This document shows, piece by piece, positions 21,801 to 30,818 of a stretch of DNA of 64,000 nucleotides. The stretch's first letter is position 1, and each line of letters begins with the position of its first letter. This DNA comes from Microvirga sp. (GTDB lineage Bacteria; Pseudomonadota; Alphaproteobacteria; Rhizobiales; Beijerinckiaceae), in assembly GCA_031181145.1 (NCBI GenBank), contig JAPSLB010000001.1, forward strand, positions 23,775-87,774. The letters are read 5' to 3'. The notes under the pieces were generated by a model that was given only the letters and a program-made list of their open reading frames with translations, had not been told where the DNA came from and ran no database searches. Made by a program: the position numbers and the translations under genes.

Positions 21801-21921
21801 GTCTTACGGCCGCGGCCTGTGCCGCCTCAAGCTCTGTGAACCCGAAGGCTCCCAACGTGGTACCGGCAACGCCCACGCCAGCAGCTTTGAGGAAGCCGCG
21901 TCGTGAGAGTTCCATGTTCAT
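18838..21921 (-). CDS. fdnG: Formate dehydrogenase-N alpha subunit, selenoprotein (in-frame UGA at 21322-21324)
   Basis: The two track ORFs join in frame as [24 protein letters not shown]. Tat signal [16 protein letters not shown] cluster motif, [18 protein letters not shown]. Confidence 0.96.
21293..21310 (-). promoter_or_regulatory. Bacterial SECIS element of fdnG
   Basis: Starts 11 nt after the UGA: GG-(T)-GTCC-AGTCT-GGGC-CC, a stem with a bulged U and a GU-containing loop. Same layout as the E. coli fdhF/fdnG SECIS. Confidence 0.85.
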
Positions 21922-21971
21922 GGTAACCCTCCCTATGGTTTTGCACTGCAGCAACGTCTTCTAGGGTAAGT

Positions 21972-22000
21972 AGAGTAGTTTCGAACATTTCTAGTGTCAA
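21972..22000 (-). promoter_or_regulatory. Putative sigma70 promoter of the fdn-sel operon
   Basis: TTGACA, a 17-nt spacer and TACTCT on the minus strand, about 50 nt upstream of the fdnG start. Confidence 0.55.
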
Positions 22001-22272
22001 ACCGTGGCATTCCGGAACGGAAACCCATCCGTATACTTGCGTGCCATGGTTCTCGGCTTGACGCGAACGGAGTCGAGACCACAATTCCCAGCCGTGTCCG
22101 TTATCGTTGCTCCCGCGTCGCAGGGCCCTTTCATGCGCCTTCATTTCCCTGTCCGTCCAGACAGGACACATTTGCGTGATTGCGGACGCCCGCGCCCCTG
22201 CCTCTCAATCTTGGGAATCCTTCCGCCGCTCCGGTCATCACCGCAGTATTCTCCAATGCTGGAGTTCTCGTC

Positions 22273-23364
22273 ATGAAAACCCGTCGCGACATTCTGCTGG
22301 CTGGTGCCGCCCTCTCGACTACCTTTGCGTTTCCTGGAAAAAGTCTCGCTGCACCAGTCCTCGCAGATGGCTGGCAGCGTTTCGACGTGGTCACGACTTT
22401 GGAGGTCGCCTCGCCTGGAGCTCGCGCTCAGGCCTGGATCCCGCTGGCCGGCTTCTCTGCCGCCGAATGGGTGCGGGCGGAGGACAACACCTGGCGGACG
22501 AATGCCGCATCCGCAACGGTGGTGGCGGAACCCGTCTATGGGGCGAAGATGCTGCACGTTGTCTGGGACGAGGGAACGACCTCCCCTGCCGTTACTGTAA
22601 CGAGCCGCTTCGCCACGCGCGATCGGCGGATCGATCTTTCGAACAGCGGCAACGCCGCTCCGTTGAGTGATGAGGAGCGCAAGCTCTATCTGGCTCCGAC
22701 GGTTCTGATGCCTACCGATGGCGCGGTCAAGACGCTCTCCGACAGGATCACCGCTGGAGCGGACGGCGAGATCGCAAAGGTGCGCGCGATCTACGAGTGG
22801 ATGGTCGAGAACACCTTCCGCCGTGCATCGATCCGCGGCTGCGGCGAAGGCGATGTCGCGGCCATGCCGAGAGCGAATGATCTCGGTGGCAAATGCGCGG
22901 ATCTGAACGGCCTTTTCGTCGCCCTGGTGCGGGCTGCCGGATTGCCTGCACGCGACATCTACGGAGTGCGGGTGGCTCCCTCGAGGCTGGGATACACGAG
23001 CCTCGGCGCCAATTCCGCCACCGTCACGAAGGCCCAGCACTGCCGCGCGGAGGTCTACCTGACAGGTTACGGCTGGGTTGCCATGGACCCCGCCGATGTG
23101 CGCAAGGTCATGCTCGAAGAGCGCCCCGAAGGCCTGTCGATCCACGCACCTGAGGTCATCGCCGCCCGCAGCATGATGTTCGGGTCATGGGAAGGAAACT
23201 GGCTCCCCTACAACACGGCGCACGATCTCACACTTCCGGGCGCAAAAGGCCCGGCCGTGGGGTTCCTGATGTATCCGCAGGTCGAAACAGCGGCTGGCCG
23301 GCTCGATTGCCTTCAGCCGGAAACGGTGCGGTATTCGATTACGGCAACCGAAATCGCCGCCTAA
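22273..23364 (+). CDS. Tat-exported transglutaminase-like domain protein
   Basis: Twin-arginine signal MKTRRDILLAG. Cys-His-Asp triad in GKCADLN, QHCRAEVY and GWVAMDPAD. Confidence 0.85.
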   Translation: MKTRRDILLAGAALSTTFAFPGKSLAAPVLADGWQRFDVVTTLEVASPGARAQAWIPLAGFSAAEWVRAEDNTWRTNAASATVVAEPVYGAKMLHVVWDEGTTSPAVTVTSRFATRDRRIDLSNSGNAAPLSDEERKLYLAPTVLMPTDGAVKTLSDRITAGADGEIAKVRAIYEWMVENTFRRASIRGCGEGDVAAMPRANDLGGKCADLNGLFVALVRAAGLPARDIYGVRVAPSRLGYTSLGANSATVTKAQHCRAEVYLTGYGWVAMDPADVRKVMLEERPEGLSIHAPEVIAARSMMFGSWEGNWLPYNTAHDLTLPGAKGPAVGFLMYPQVETAAGRLDCLQPETVRYSITATEIAA

Positions 23365-23376
23365 CATCGACCTCGG

Positions 23377-23922
23377 TTACGAGGATACGTCCCCGGAAGC
23401 GGGTAAAGCCGGTTTCGTGCAGGCGAGGCACCAGGCTTCGATCCACTTCGGATCAGAAGTGAGCGGAACGAAGTCCGGGCCCGCGAAGGCACGCCATTCC
23501 GGCACGAGTTCCTGGCTAACGGCGATCACGACAGGAAGACCCGCTGCGATGGCGGCGGCGATTTCCTCCCGCAGCCCTCGGCCGGCAGCCTCCTGCCGGC
23601 CGAAGCGGTTGACGAACAGGATATCAGGCTTCCCCTCGATGGCAGCACGCAACCATCCCCCGGCCTCTGCCAGACTGGAGGAGTCGAGGCGACAACCTCG
23701 CGTGCCGCTCCCCCGCATTTCGAAAGCCTGGATCCGGCGCCCGGTTCCGATATCCTCGAGGAACAATGTTCCACAGCGGCCGGCCTCGCCAGGCCGCCCC
23801 TCCTGAAGAAGGCCGCCCACGCGCAGGTCCAGGGACTTCAGACATTGGATGACTTTGCGTAAAACTGCATCGGGGCGGCTTTCCCGGTCGTAGACAACGA
23901 CGCCGATCCGGCTTTCAGTCAA
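23377..23922 (-). CDS. DUF2478 family protein
   Basis: GCRLD, LFVNRFGRQEAAGRG and PVVIAV...WRAFAG motifs. TTG start with GGAGG RBS. Confidence 0.75.
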   Translation of the reverse strand: MTESRIGVVVYDRESRPDAVLRKVIQCLKSLDLRVGGLLQEGRPGEAGRCGTLFLEDIGTGRRIQAFEMRGSGTRGCRLDSSSLAEAGGWLRAAIEGKPDILFVNRFGRQEAAGRGLREEIAAAIAAGLPVVIAVSQELVPEWRAFAGPDFVPLTSDPKWIEAWCLACTKPALPASGDVSS

Positions 23923-24188
23923 AGGCGACCTCCAACGATGCAAGATGATGGCCGCCTGAGATTGGCGAGAATTTGGCAGAACTCAATCCCGACAGGGACC
24001 ATGCAGGCTTCGTGTTCGATGCCCTACCGGCCCCGAGACTACCCAGTTCTACACCCATCCGGATACATCGCGCCTTCACCGGATGATCCGCGATCTCCAC
24101 CCACTGAATGATGAAAAACATCGCGCGATGAACACGTGGATCGATTAGGAGTACACCCATCCCCCTTCCTTCAAACCGACTATGACCG

Positions 24189-25523
24189 GTGATGAAAGCT
24201 GATCTCTTCTCGAAGGCGCAGGAACAGCGCACGAAACCCCTCGCTGCCGCGATTCGTCCTGAGACGCTCGATGAGCTGATCGGGCAGCAGCATATCCTTG
24301 GACCGAGCGGACCCTTGCGGCGGCGCGTCCGGGCTGGCCGTCTCGGCACGGTCATTCTCTTCGGCCCGCCGGGGGTGGGCAAGACCACGATCGCCCGGGC
24401 CATAGGCCGGGAGATGAAGAAGGAGTTCCGCTCCCTGCACCCTGCCAGCAGCAGCGTCTCTGACATCAAGTCCGTGGCGCAAGAGGCCCAGGCCAAGGAT
24501 ATCCTTGTTTTCATCGACGAGATCCATCGGTTTAGCAGTGCGCAGCAGGATTATCTCCTTGACTTCACCGAAACCGGCACCTTCGAACTGATTGCCGCGA
24601 CCACCGGCAATCCCTACCATGTGCTCACGCCTGCACTCGTCTCCCGCGCATCCATTTTCCAGCTGGAGCCCCACTCACTCGAAGACTTGAGGCAGGTCGT
24701 CGAGCGAGCTTTAGCCTTTCTCAGGAGCCACAAGGATCTCGATATTCGCCTTGACGCTGAGGCCATGAAGCAGCTCACCGGACGCGCCGGAGGTGACGCT
24801 CGCCGCGTGCTGAACGCCCTTGAGACACTTGTGCTCGGTTCGGAACCGGGCTCCGCCGTCTCGATTACGGGAGGCATGGTGGATGAGGTCTACCAAGCCT
24901 CGCCCCTCCCCTTCGATCGCAAAGGCGACTATCACTACGATACGATCTCGGCCTTCATCAAATCGATGCGAGGCTCGGATCCGGACGCTACGCTCTACTG
25001 GCTGGCCCGGCTTATCCATTCCGGTGAGGATCCGCGCTTCATCGCCCGCCGCATTCTCATTCATGCCTCGGAGGATGTCGGCTTGGCCGACAACACTGCT
25101 CTCCAGACGGCCGCGGCCGCTCTCACGGCCGTCCAGCACGTCGGATATCCGGAAGCCCAGATTGTCTTGGCGCACGCAGCCCTGCACATCGCGCGGGCGC
25201 CAAAATCGAACTCGGCCTGCCGCGGCATTGGGGCTGCGATGGCTTACGTCAAATCGCAGCCGATGATCCCCGTTCCCCCGCACCTGCGGGATGGGCATTA
25301 TGCCGGAGCGGCCAAACTCGGACATGTTGGCTATAAGTTCCCCCATAACGATCCCCGAGGATGGGTCGAGCAGGCCTATGCTCCTGGAGTCCAGCCCGGA
25401 CAGTTCTATCAGAGCGATGGTCGGGGCAGTCACACCTTTGAGGCCCGGGCGGACGCTTGGTGGGAGCGCGTGACAGGTCGGCCGCAGCCACGTCATCAGC
25501 AGGACGAATCCGGCAGCGCCTGA
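24189..25523 (+). CDS. rarA: Replication-associated recombination protein A (RarA/MgsA AAA+ ATPase)
   Basis: Walker A GPPGVGKT, Walker B FIDEIHRF, HYDTISAFIKSMRGSDPDA, ASEDVGLAD and VPPHLRD. Confidence 0.92.
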   Translation: MMKADLFSKAQEQRTKPLAAAIRPETLDELIGQQHILGPSGPLRRRVRAGRLGTVILFGPPGVGKTTIARAIGREMKKEFRSLHPASSSVSDIKSVAQEAQAKDILVFIDEIHRFSSAQQDYLLDFTETGTFELIAATTGNPYHVLTPALVSRASIFQLEPHSLEDLRQVVERALAFLRSHKDLDIRLDAEAMKQLTGRAGGDARRVLNALETLVLGSEPGSAVSITGGMVDEVYQASPLPFDRKGDYHYDTISAFIKSMRGSDPDATLYWLARLIHSGEDPRFIARRILIHASEDVGLADNTALQTAAAALTAVQHVGYPEAQIVLAHAALHIARAPKSNSACRGIGAAMAYVKSQPMIPVPPHLRDGHYAGAAKLGHVGYKFPHNDPRGWVEQAYAPGVQPGQFYQSDGRGSHTFEARADAWWERVTGRPQPRHQQDESGSA

Positions 25524-25769
25524 CAGGCGCTATCGCGTCGGTCGGCGGGTGCTGATCGAGGTCTTTCTCGAAGACTGCGGCGCGCGAGGCAGGAAGCAAC
25601 TTGCCCGTCCCTTCGAGACAGCCTCTGTCCCGAAAAAGACCGGGACGGACGGCTGCGTCTGCTCTTGCAATGCCCGAAAAGCAATACGCTGGAAAAGCAC
25701 GGGATCGGGCGCACCTCACGATCAATTCATTTCACGCCCGATCTGGCCGGGGACCATCAGCTAAGGAGC

Positions 25770-26537
25770 CTAGTGAGAGTCGCCTGTTGTGCTGTTCCGA
25801 TAGGTCCGCGGCAGCAATCGCTCGAAGCCCCGGCGCACTGTGCCATAGCACTCACACGAAGCGCCTTCGAGGCCCGCGCGATCGGTGATGGTGATCTCCC
25901 CTCGCCCTTGCCGGATGAAGCCTGCCCTCTGCAGGTCTCGTGCGATGGTACTGACGGTGGAGCGCTGCACCCCCAGCATCTCCGCCAGGAATTCGTGCGT
26001 AAGCGGCATCGTATCGCCATCGAGCCGGTCATGAATGCTCAGGATCCACCGGCAAGCGCGGGCTTCGACGCTGTGGACCGCATTGCACGCGACATTCTGC
26101 AGAACCCGCGCCATCATGGCCTCAGAGAAGCGCAGCACAAGCTGGCGAACCAATGGTCGGCTGTTGATCACCTCGTGCCAACGATCCAGTTCAATCCGCG
26201 AGGCGGTGCCGGACGTTTGAACGATGCAGCGTCCGAAGGATTGACGGGCGACCATGGCGCCTACAATGCCCAGCGCCCCCTCCCGGCCATAGACCGCCAT
26301 CTCTGCGGAGCGACCGTCATCCAGTACGGCTACCATCGATACTACGCTATCATGAGGAAAGTAGGCGTGACGCATGCGGTCGCCTGCCTCGTAGAGCACC
26401 TGATCCTGCTGCAGGGCCACTATCTCCAGATGCGCATCCACGATCATGAAATCGTCAGGCTCCAGAGCGGCCAGGAGCCGGTTGGCCCTATGATGGGCTC
26501 TCTGACCTCTCTCGGCGGTGAAGATATCCGGTTTCAT
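25770..26537 (-). CDS. Crp/Fnr family transcriptional regulator
   Basis: NRLLAAL, YFP..SVVS, GREG, ACNAVHSVEAR and the HTH region LTHEFLAEMLGVQRSTVS. Confidence 0.9.
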   Translation of the reverse strand: MKPDIFTAERGQRAHHRANRLLAALEPDDFMIVDAHLEIVALQQDQVLYEAGDRMRHAYFPHDSVVSMVAVLDDGRSAEMAVYGREGALGIVGAMVARQSFGRCIVQTSGTASRIELDRWHEVINSRPLVRQLVLRFSEAMMARVLQNVACNAVHSVEARACRWILSIHDRLDGDTMPLTHEFLAEMLGVQRSTVSTIARDLQRAGFIRQGRGEITITDRAGLEGASCECYGTVRRGFERLLPRTYRNSTTGDSH

Positions 26538-26983
26538 GCCATACGCTAAACCGGAAAAGGTCCTGAAGGAAACCTACGAAACAGGGTGAAGCCAGCGCCT
26601 CGGGCAAGCTCTGGAGACGCAAATGCCCGGTCACCGGCAGGTGGCATATCGATGGGACATAGATCTTGAGGCTTGCTGGCGAGCCCAGGCAGCATCGAGA
26701 TGCCGAGGGTGTCGACCGGCTCTCCCTGTTCCACTGTCATGGCGGCGGTGCCGCTCATGCCGCCATAAACGAGCGAAGGGAGCGACCAGCGGACACCAAT
26801 CCACCCGATCCCGGCAAGGACAGGGCAGTCAAGGATCTCGATCGACGTTCGTCACAGGATTTAACCGAGCGCTGTCTTCAAGGGCCCCTCACTATTCGGG
26901 ATGGTTCCGAGCGGCCCGGAGCAGTCCTGATGGAGACCATGTATAAAGTCGTCGTACCGGTTCCATGCGGCCGGTTCCAGCCG

Positions 26984-27730
26984 TTAAGACGGGAGATCCT
27001 CCGCACTGCTCTCGGTCGAGGGCAACAGGGCGGCTCGGTGCCTGGAGCGATCTGCCGCCTCCGCGGCGCACTTCTCCTGATGGGCCGCCTTGTTGATCAC
27101 CTGGAGATTGGGAGCTCCCCAGAAGGCCAGCAGGTCCGGCCAGGGTCGCGAGCGATGCTGAGACCAGACGGCGAAGAGCGGAACGCGGTGATCCACTTCG
27201 GCTGTCCTGAGCAGGCGGCGACCGGTTGCTGCACATTTCCGGTTCTGGCGCAGCTTCAGAATCCTGAGATGGTCACTCGGTGAGGTCCAGAGCTGCCAGG
27301 CCACAACGCATGCAGTGTGCCAGGTGGCATTCCTGTTGGATTTGCCGTCATCCCAGAGGTCACGATGCCAGCCCAGCCGATAGACCGGTTGTCCGCAGAC
27401 GCAGCAATGCCCCGGACCGCGCGTGAACGCAGCTTCCCTGTACGGCGCCGGCGGCATGCGGAAGGACATCGGCAGGCCGGACGCCTTCCCATGTCCAAGA
27501 CGCCACTGCCATCCTGCAGGCTCGCCACTTCTGGCTGCAAGCGCCCGCGCCAGCCGGTCGGCCAGGAGCGGGCGATGGCGCCAGTACGATTCCACGGCCC
27601 TGCGCTGGGTCGGCGGGATCAGCGGCTGCCGGAGGGCATGCGCCAGGACGCAGGATGGAAAGGAGGCAGGGAGGCGCTTCTCGAGCCGGGCACGGGCCTT
27701 CCGATTCTTCTCGTCTCGCCAGGTCGACAT
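26984..27730 (-). CDS. Putative HNH endonuclease-like Zn-binding protein
   Basis: CCVCG...WHTAC, then EVDHRVPL...NLQVINKAAH. Confidence 0.65.
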   Translation of the reverse strand: MSTWRDEKNRKARARLEKRLPASFPSCVLAHALRQPLIPPTQRRAVESYWRHRPLLADRLARALAARSGEPAGWQWRLGHGKASGLPMSFRMPPAPYREAAFTRGPGHCCVCGQPVYRLGWHRDLWDDGKSNRNATWHTACVVAWQLWTSPSDHLRILKLRQNRKCAATGRRLLRTAEVDHRVPLFAVWSQHRSRPWPDLLAFWGAPNLQVINKAAHQEKCAAEAADRSRHRAALLPSTESSAEDLPS

Positions 27731-28181
27731 TCCGGATCAGTCATCTCGCGTGAATCGCTGTCGGGCCTGCAGCGGCGATGCCCATCGGGGTGAGCCGCAT
27801 GGGCCGCTTCTTCGCGCGGCAGATCTCGATCAGCCCTTAACCTTATGGCGAGGCCTTGTCACGGGAGCACGGCCAATCCGGAACAAAACAAGAGACCTGG
27901 TCAGAGCATGCGGCGGCAGTCGCAAGGTGCCGCTGGGCCTCCATCTCCCTCCCGGTCAGGTGCCGCCAGTGCCCGGTTGGCCCCTTTAGAGAGCGCTAGC
28001 CCGATCAAACGCGTGGCTTGGAGGGCAGAGGCAAAGGGAAGAATCTGACAAGGTTATGTGTATCCCGTGCAGCCGTCAGGGCTCCAACAGGTCCGGAGTC
28101 TCTTTAGTTTTGCCAAGGTTGCGCCTTCTGCCGGCCCAGATCCTGGGTAGGCTATAGCCTCCACTTGAAGGAGCCTTGGCC

Positions 28182-28298
28182 ATGCGTACTCTCAAGACCG
28201 CCTTTAGCCTTGTTGTGGCAGCCACGGTGCTGGGGCCGTTCGTAGCTCTGTCGGCCTACGCCGCGTCGATTTTGGCGGCTGCAGTGATTGCCCCTTAG
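28182..28298 (+). CDS. 38-aa hydrophobic small protein (below the ORF-track cutoff)
   Basis: GAAGGAG RBS, then MRTLKTAFSLVVAATVLGPFVALSAYAASILAAAVIAP*. A terminator follows. Confidence 0.55.
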   Translation: MRTLKTAFSLVVAATVLGPFVALSAYAASILAAAVIAP

Positions 28299-28395
28299 AG
28301 GTCACCCATGGTTCGTGACAGACTGTAAATCGATCACCCTCTTCGGAAAACGAGGATGAGCCTGTGCTGGCGCGCTGATGTTCTTGCGCGAAACT

Positions 28396-28420
28396 AAGGT
28401 CCCAAAGTGGGACCTTTTTG
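28396..28420 (+). terminator. Intrinsic terminator, possibly bidirectional
   Basis: aaggtccca-aag-tgggacctt stem running into a T tract, between convergent small ORFs. Confidence 0.7.
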
Positions 28421-28433
28421 CTGGTTAGGGTCC

Positions 28434-28709
28434 TCAATGAAACTGCTGTCCTCTGAGGCTGGCCAGGAGTTTCTGATACGGTGCGCGCCGCTCCCGATAT
28501 TTCAGCAGCAACTGGGCCTTGATATAGTTTTTCTGCTCGATCTCAAGATCACTCCGTTCAAGGTTGAGAACCTCCTCGCTGTACTGGAAGTCGATATTGG
28601 TTAATGTACGGGATATCCAGAGAATCTTCAGATCGTGTTCTGATATCATTCTATCCGAAGACGATTTGCTGAAGTCCTTTTGTGCGAGGGAAGATCTTTC
28701 GGTCGACAT
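28434..28709 (-). CDS. Small helical hypothetical protein
   Basis: Charged, amphipathic ORF ending next to the terminator. Start uncertain (28736, 28709 or 28649). Confidence 0.5.
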   Translation of the reverse strand: MSTERSSLAQKDFSKSSSDRMISEHDLKILWISRTLTNIDFQYSEEVLNLERSDLEIEQKNYIKAQLLLKYRERRAPYQKLLASLRGQQFH

Positions 28710-28980
28710 GTTACCCTGCTGATATTCTGATTCCAAGAAGAGGGTATCGTTCCGACCATTTGTACTGCAATCCGCGAGGGTTGAGCTTCGGAGGTAGCGA
28801 CGCCGCTCCGTGTGAGTACCTCTGGAGAATAAGGATCATGCAGGACGAAGAACCTACTGCGACGATGTCAGAGGACATTTGGCTTAGGATCCGAGCCCTT
28901 GTCGAACTCTCCTCCTAGATCGACGGCGCTGTAATTGCGGCTGGGATTGCTGCCGCTCGATCACCGACTTTACCTGCGCG

Positions 28981-29009
28981 ATATATGCGCATAAAATATG
29001 CGCATATAT
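28981..29009. promoter_or_regulatory. Palindromic operator of ccdAB
   Basis: Perfect inverted repeat atatatgcgcata-aaa-tatgcgcatatat, containing two TATGCGCATA palindromes, just upstream of the ccdA RBS. Confidence 0.75.
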
Positions 29010-29025
29010 GCTCTGGAGTAACACG

Positions 29026-29271
29026 ATGCCCAGATCCCCCGGAGAAGCGAATGTCCGGCGCCCGACCAATGTCACTCTTCCTGTCGAGCTTGTAGCCGAG
29101 GCGAAAGCCTTGCAGGTCAACGTTTCCCAAGCCTGTGAAAACGGACTGGCTCGCTCGGTGGCGGAAGCCCGCCGCGCCCGCTGGCTGGAGGAGAACAAGG
29201 AAGCCATCGATGCTCACAATGCGATGATGGACCGCGACGGCCTGATCCTGGACGAGTTCAGGCATTTCTGA
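29026..29271 (+). CDS. ccdA: Type II antitoxin CcdA family
   Basis: RHH-like RRPTNVTL...NVSQACE and WLEENKEAI motifs. TGATG overlap with the toxin gene. Confidence 0.9.
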   Translation: MPRSPGEANVRRPTNVTLPVELVAEAKALQVNVSQACENGLARSVAEARRARWLEENKEAIDAHNAMMDRDGLILDEFRHF

Positions 29272-29570
29272 TGGCGCAGTTCGACGTTTACGCCGGTGTC
29301 GGTCGAACCAAGGCTTACGTGGTGGAGTTGCAATCGGACCTCCTGGAACGGATGGCGGTCCGTGTCGTCGCGCCCATGGTTCCCAGCGACCATGCAGCGA
29401 CCATCTCCGGACTGACGCCGCTGGTCCGGTTCAAGGAAGCAGACTTTCTCCTGTTGACCTACCAGCTGGCATCTGTGCCGGTTCGCGAATTGCAGCGGCC
29501 AGTCGGCTCCCTTGCCTCCCATCAGGATGCGATCAAAAGAGCCCTCGATATCCTGTTCCTTGGCTTTTGA
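29271..29570 (+). CDS. ccdB: CcdB family toxin
   Basis: MAQFDVY, LQSDLL, RVVAP, VGSL and AIKRALDILFLGF. Confidence 0.88.
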   Translation: MAQFDVYAGVGRTKAYVVELQSDLLERMAVRVVAPMVPSDHAATISGLTPLVRFKEADFLLLTYQLASVPVRELQRPVGSLASHQDAIKRALDILFLGF

Positions 29571-29878
29571 GTGTGTCGCAGAGGGCCATCGCATCCACTC
29601 GAGAACTGAATGGCCGAAGAAGTGACGGCTGGACAGGCCTTCTTCGCCGGGCGGCGTAAGATGACGGTCCGCCACGATGATACGATCGTCGCCGATCGAA
29701 GGCGTCCAGCAAGAACCGCGGCATTTCTCCGGCCTTCGCATCGTTGATCCTGCGCGTCCGGCAGGTGCGAAAGTGCAACACCGCGCAACCAATGCCCTTC
29801 CTGTCTTGGTGTGCCACACCCTGGCCATAAAGGTACCGCGAGTGAGGGCCGGTCCCACGGACGTAAAGGAGAACAAGA

Positions 29879-30580
29879 TTGCCGTTATCCATCACCCGGC
29901 GCGCGTTGCTCGCCGGAATGCCTCTCTCGCTGACAGCCTGCGTCTCGGTCGGACGCACCGCCAATCCGTCCAGACCCGCCGTCGACCCCACCGTCGCCGC
30001 CATGTACGCCTCCCTGACCGATGAGCCGTTTCCCATCCCGGCCGTCGACGTCAGTCGGGTTTCCCCGCAATACATCCGGCAGGTCGTCGCCTTCCAGGGC
30101 CCCGAGCGCCCAGGGAGCATCGTCGTCGATCCCTCGAGGCGCTTCCTCTATCTCGTTCAAGAGAACGGGACGGCGCTGCGCTACGGCTGCGGCGTCGGAA
30201 AGGCGGGCTTCGACTATCAGGGGAGTGCCGTGATCGGTCGCAAGGCTGCGTGGCCGCGCTGGACGCCGACCCCAAACATGATCAAGCTCGAACCGGAGCG
30301 TTACGGCCCTTATGCCGGCGGCGTCGAAGGCGGCCTCGACAATCCCCTCGGCGCGCGGGCGCTGTATCTTTACCGTGACGGCCGCGACACGCTCTACCGC
30401 ATCCACGGCACGAACGAGCCCGACACGATCGGCCACTCGGTCTCCAGCGGATGCATCCGCATGTTCAACCAGGATATCATCGACCTGCACCGGCGTGTGC
30501 CCGTGGGCACCAGCGTCACGGTGCTGAATGCCGATGCCGACGACAGAACGGTGCCGGCAGGACTATCCGTAGGGGTCTGA
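29879..30580 (+). CDS. L,D-transpeptidase (YkuD/ErfK family), Tat lipoprotein
   Basis: TRRALL...LTAC signal, NPLGARALY and the catalytic motif IHGT...SSGCIRM. AAGGAG RBS with TTG start. Confidence 0.92.
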   Translation: MPLSITRRALLAGMPLSLTACVSVGRTANPSRPAVDPTVAAMYASLTDEPFPIPAVDVSRVSPQYIRQVVAFQGPERPGSIVVDPSRRFLYLVQENGTALRYGCGVGKAGFDYQGSAVIGRKAAWPRWTPTPNMIKLEPERYGPYAGGVEGGLDNPLGARALYLYRDGRDTLYRIHGTNEPDTIGHSVSSGCIRMFNQDIIDLHRRVPVGTSVTVLNADADDRTVPAGLSVGV

Positions 30581-30631
30581 TCGCCGCCCGAACAACACAA
30601 TTCTGCCACAAACCATGGTAGATTGACCTTA

Positions 30632-30818
30632 GCAATGAGCGGGAGAGAGCCAGCTTGCTGGCCGCCGAAGGAGCAACTGCCCCGGAAACTCTCAGGCACC
30701 CAGGACCGCTTCGTTGCCCAACACTCTGAAAAGTGGAGCAGTCTGCTCCCGCCCACGGTGAAAGTCGCGGCTGCCACGTGCATCCCGACGAAACTCTCAG
30801 GCCAATGACAGAGGGGGC
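30632..30818 (+). ncRNA. Tandem glycine riboswitch
   Basis: Aptamer 1 reads GGGAGAG...CCGAAGGAGCAA...GGAAACTCTCAGGC...AGGACCGC, with an extended P1 (gcaatgagcgg/ccgcttcgttgc). Aptamer 2 reads CTCTGAAAAG...ACGGTGAAAG...GAAACTCTCAGGC...GACAGAGGGGGC. Confidence 0.9.

Noticed and set aside
23915-24160. Minus-strand ORF with a purine-rich RBS upstream of DUF2478
   Set aside because: No recognisable protein features; probably part of the divergent promoter region.
28838-28918. 26-aa ORF MQDEEPTATMSEDIWLRIRALVELSS with an RBS-like sequence
   Set aside because: Too short, with no motif or terminator support.
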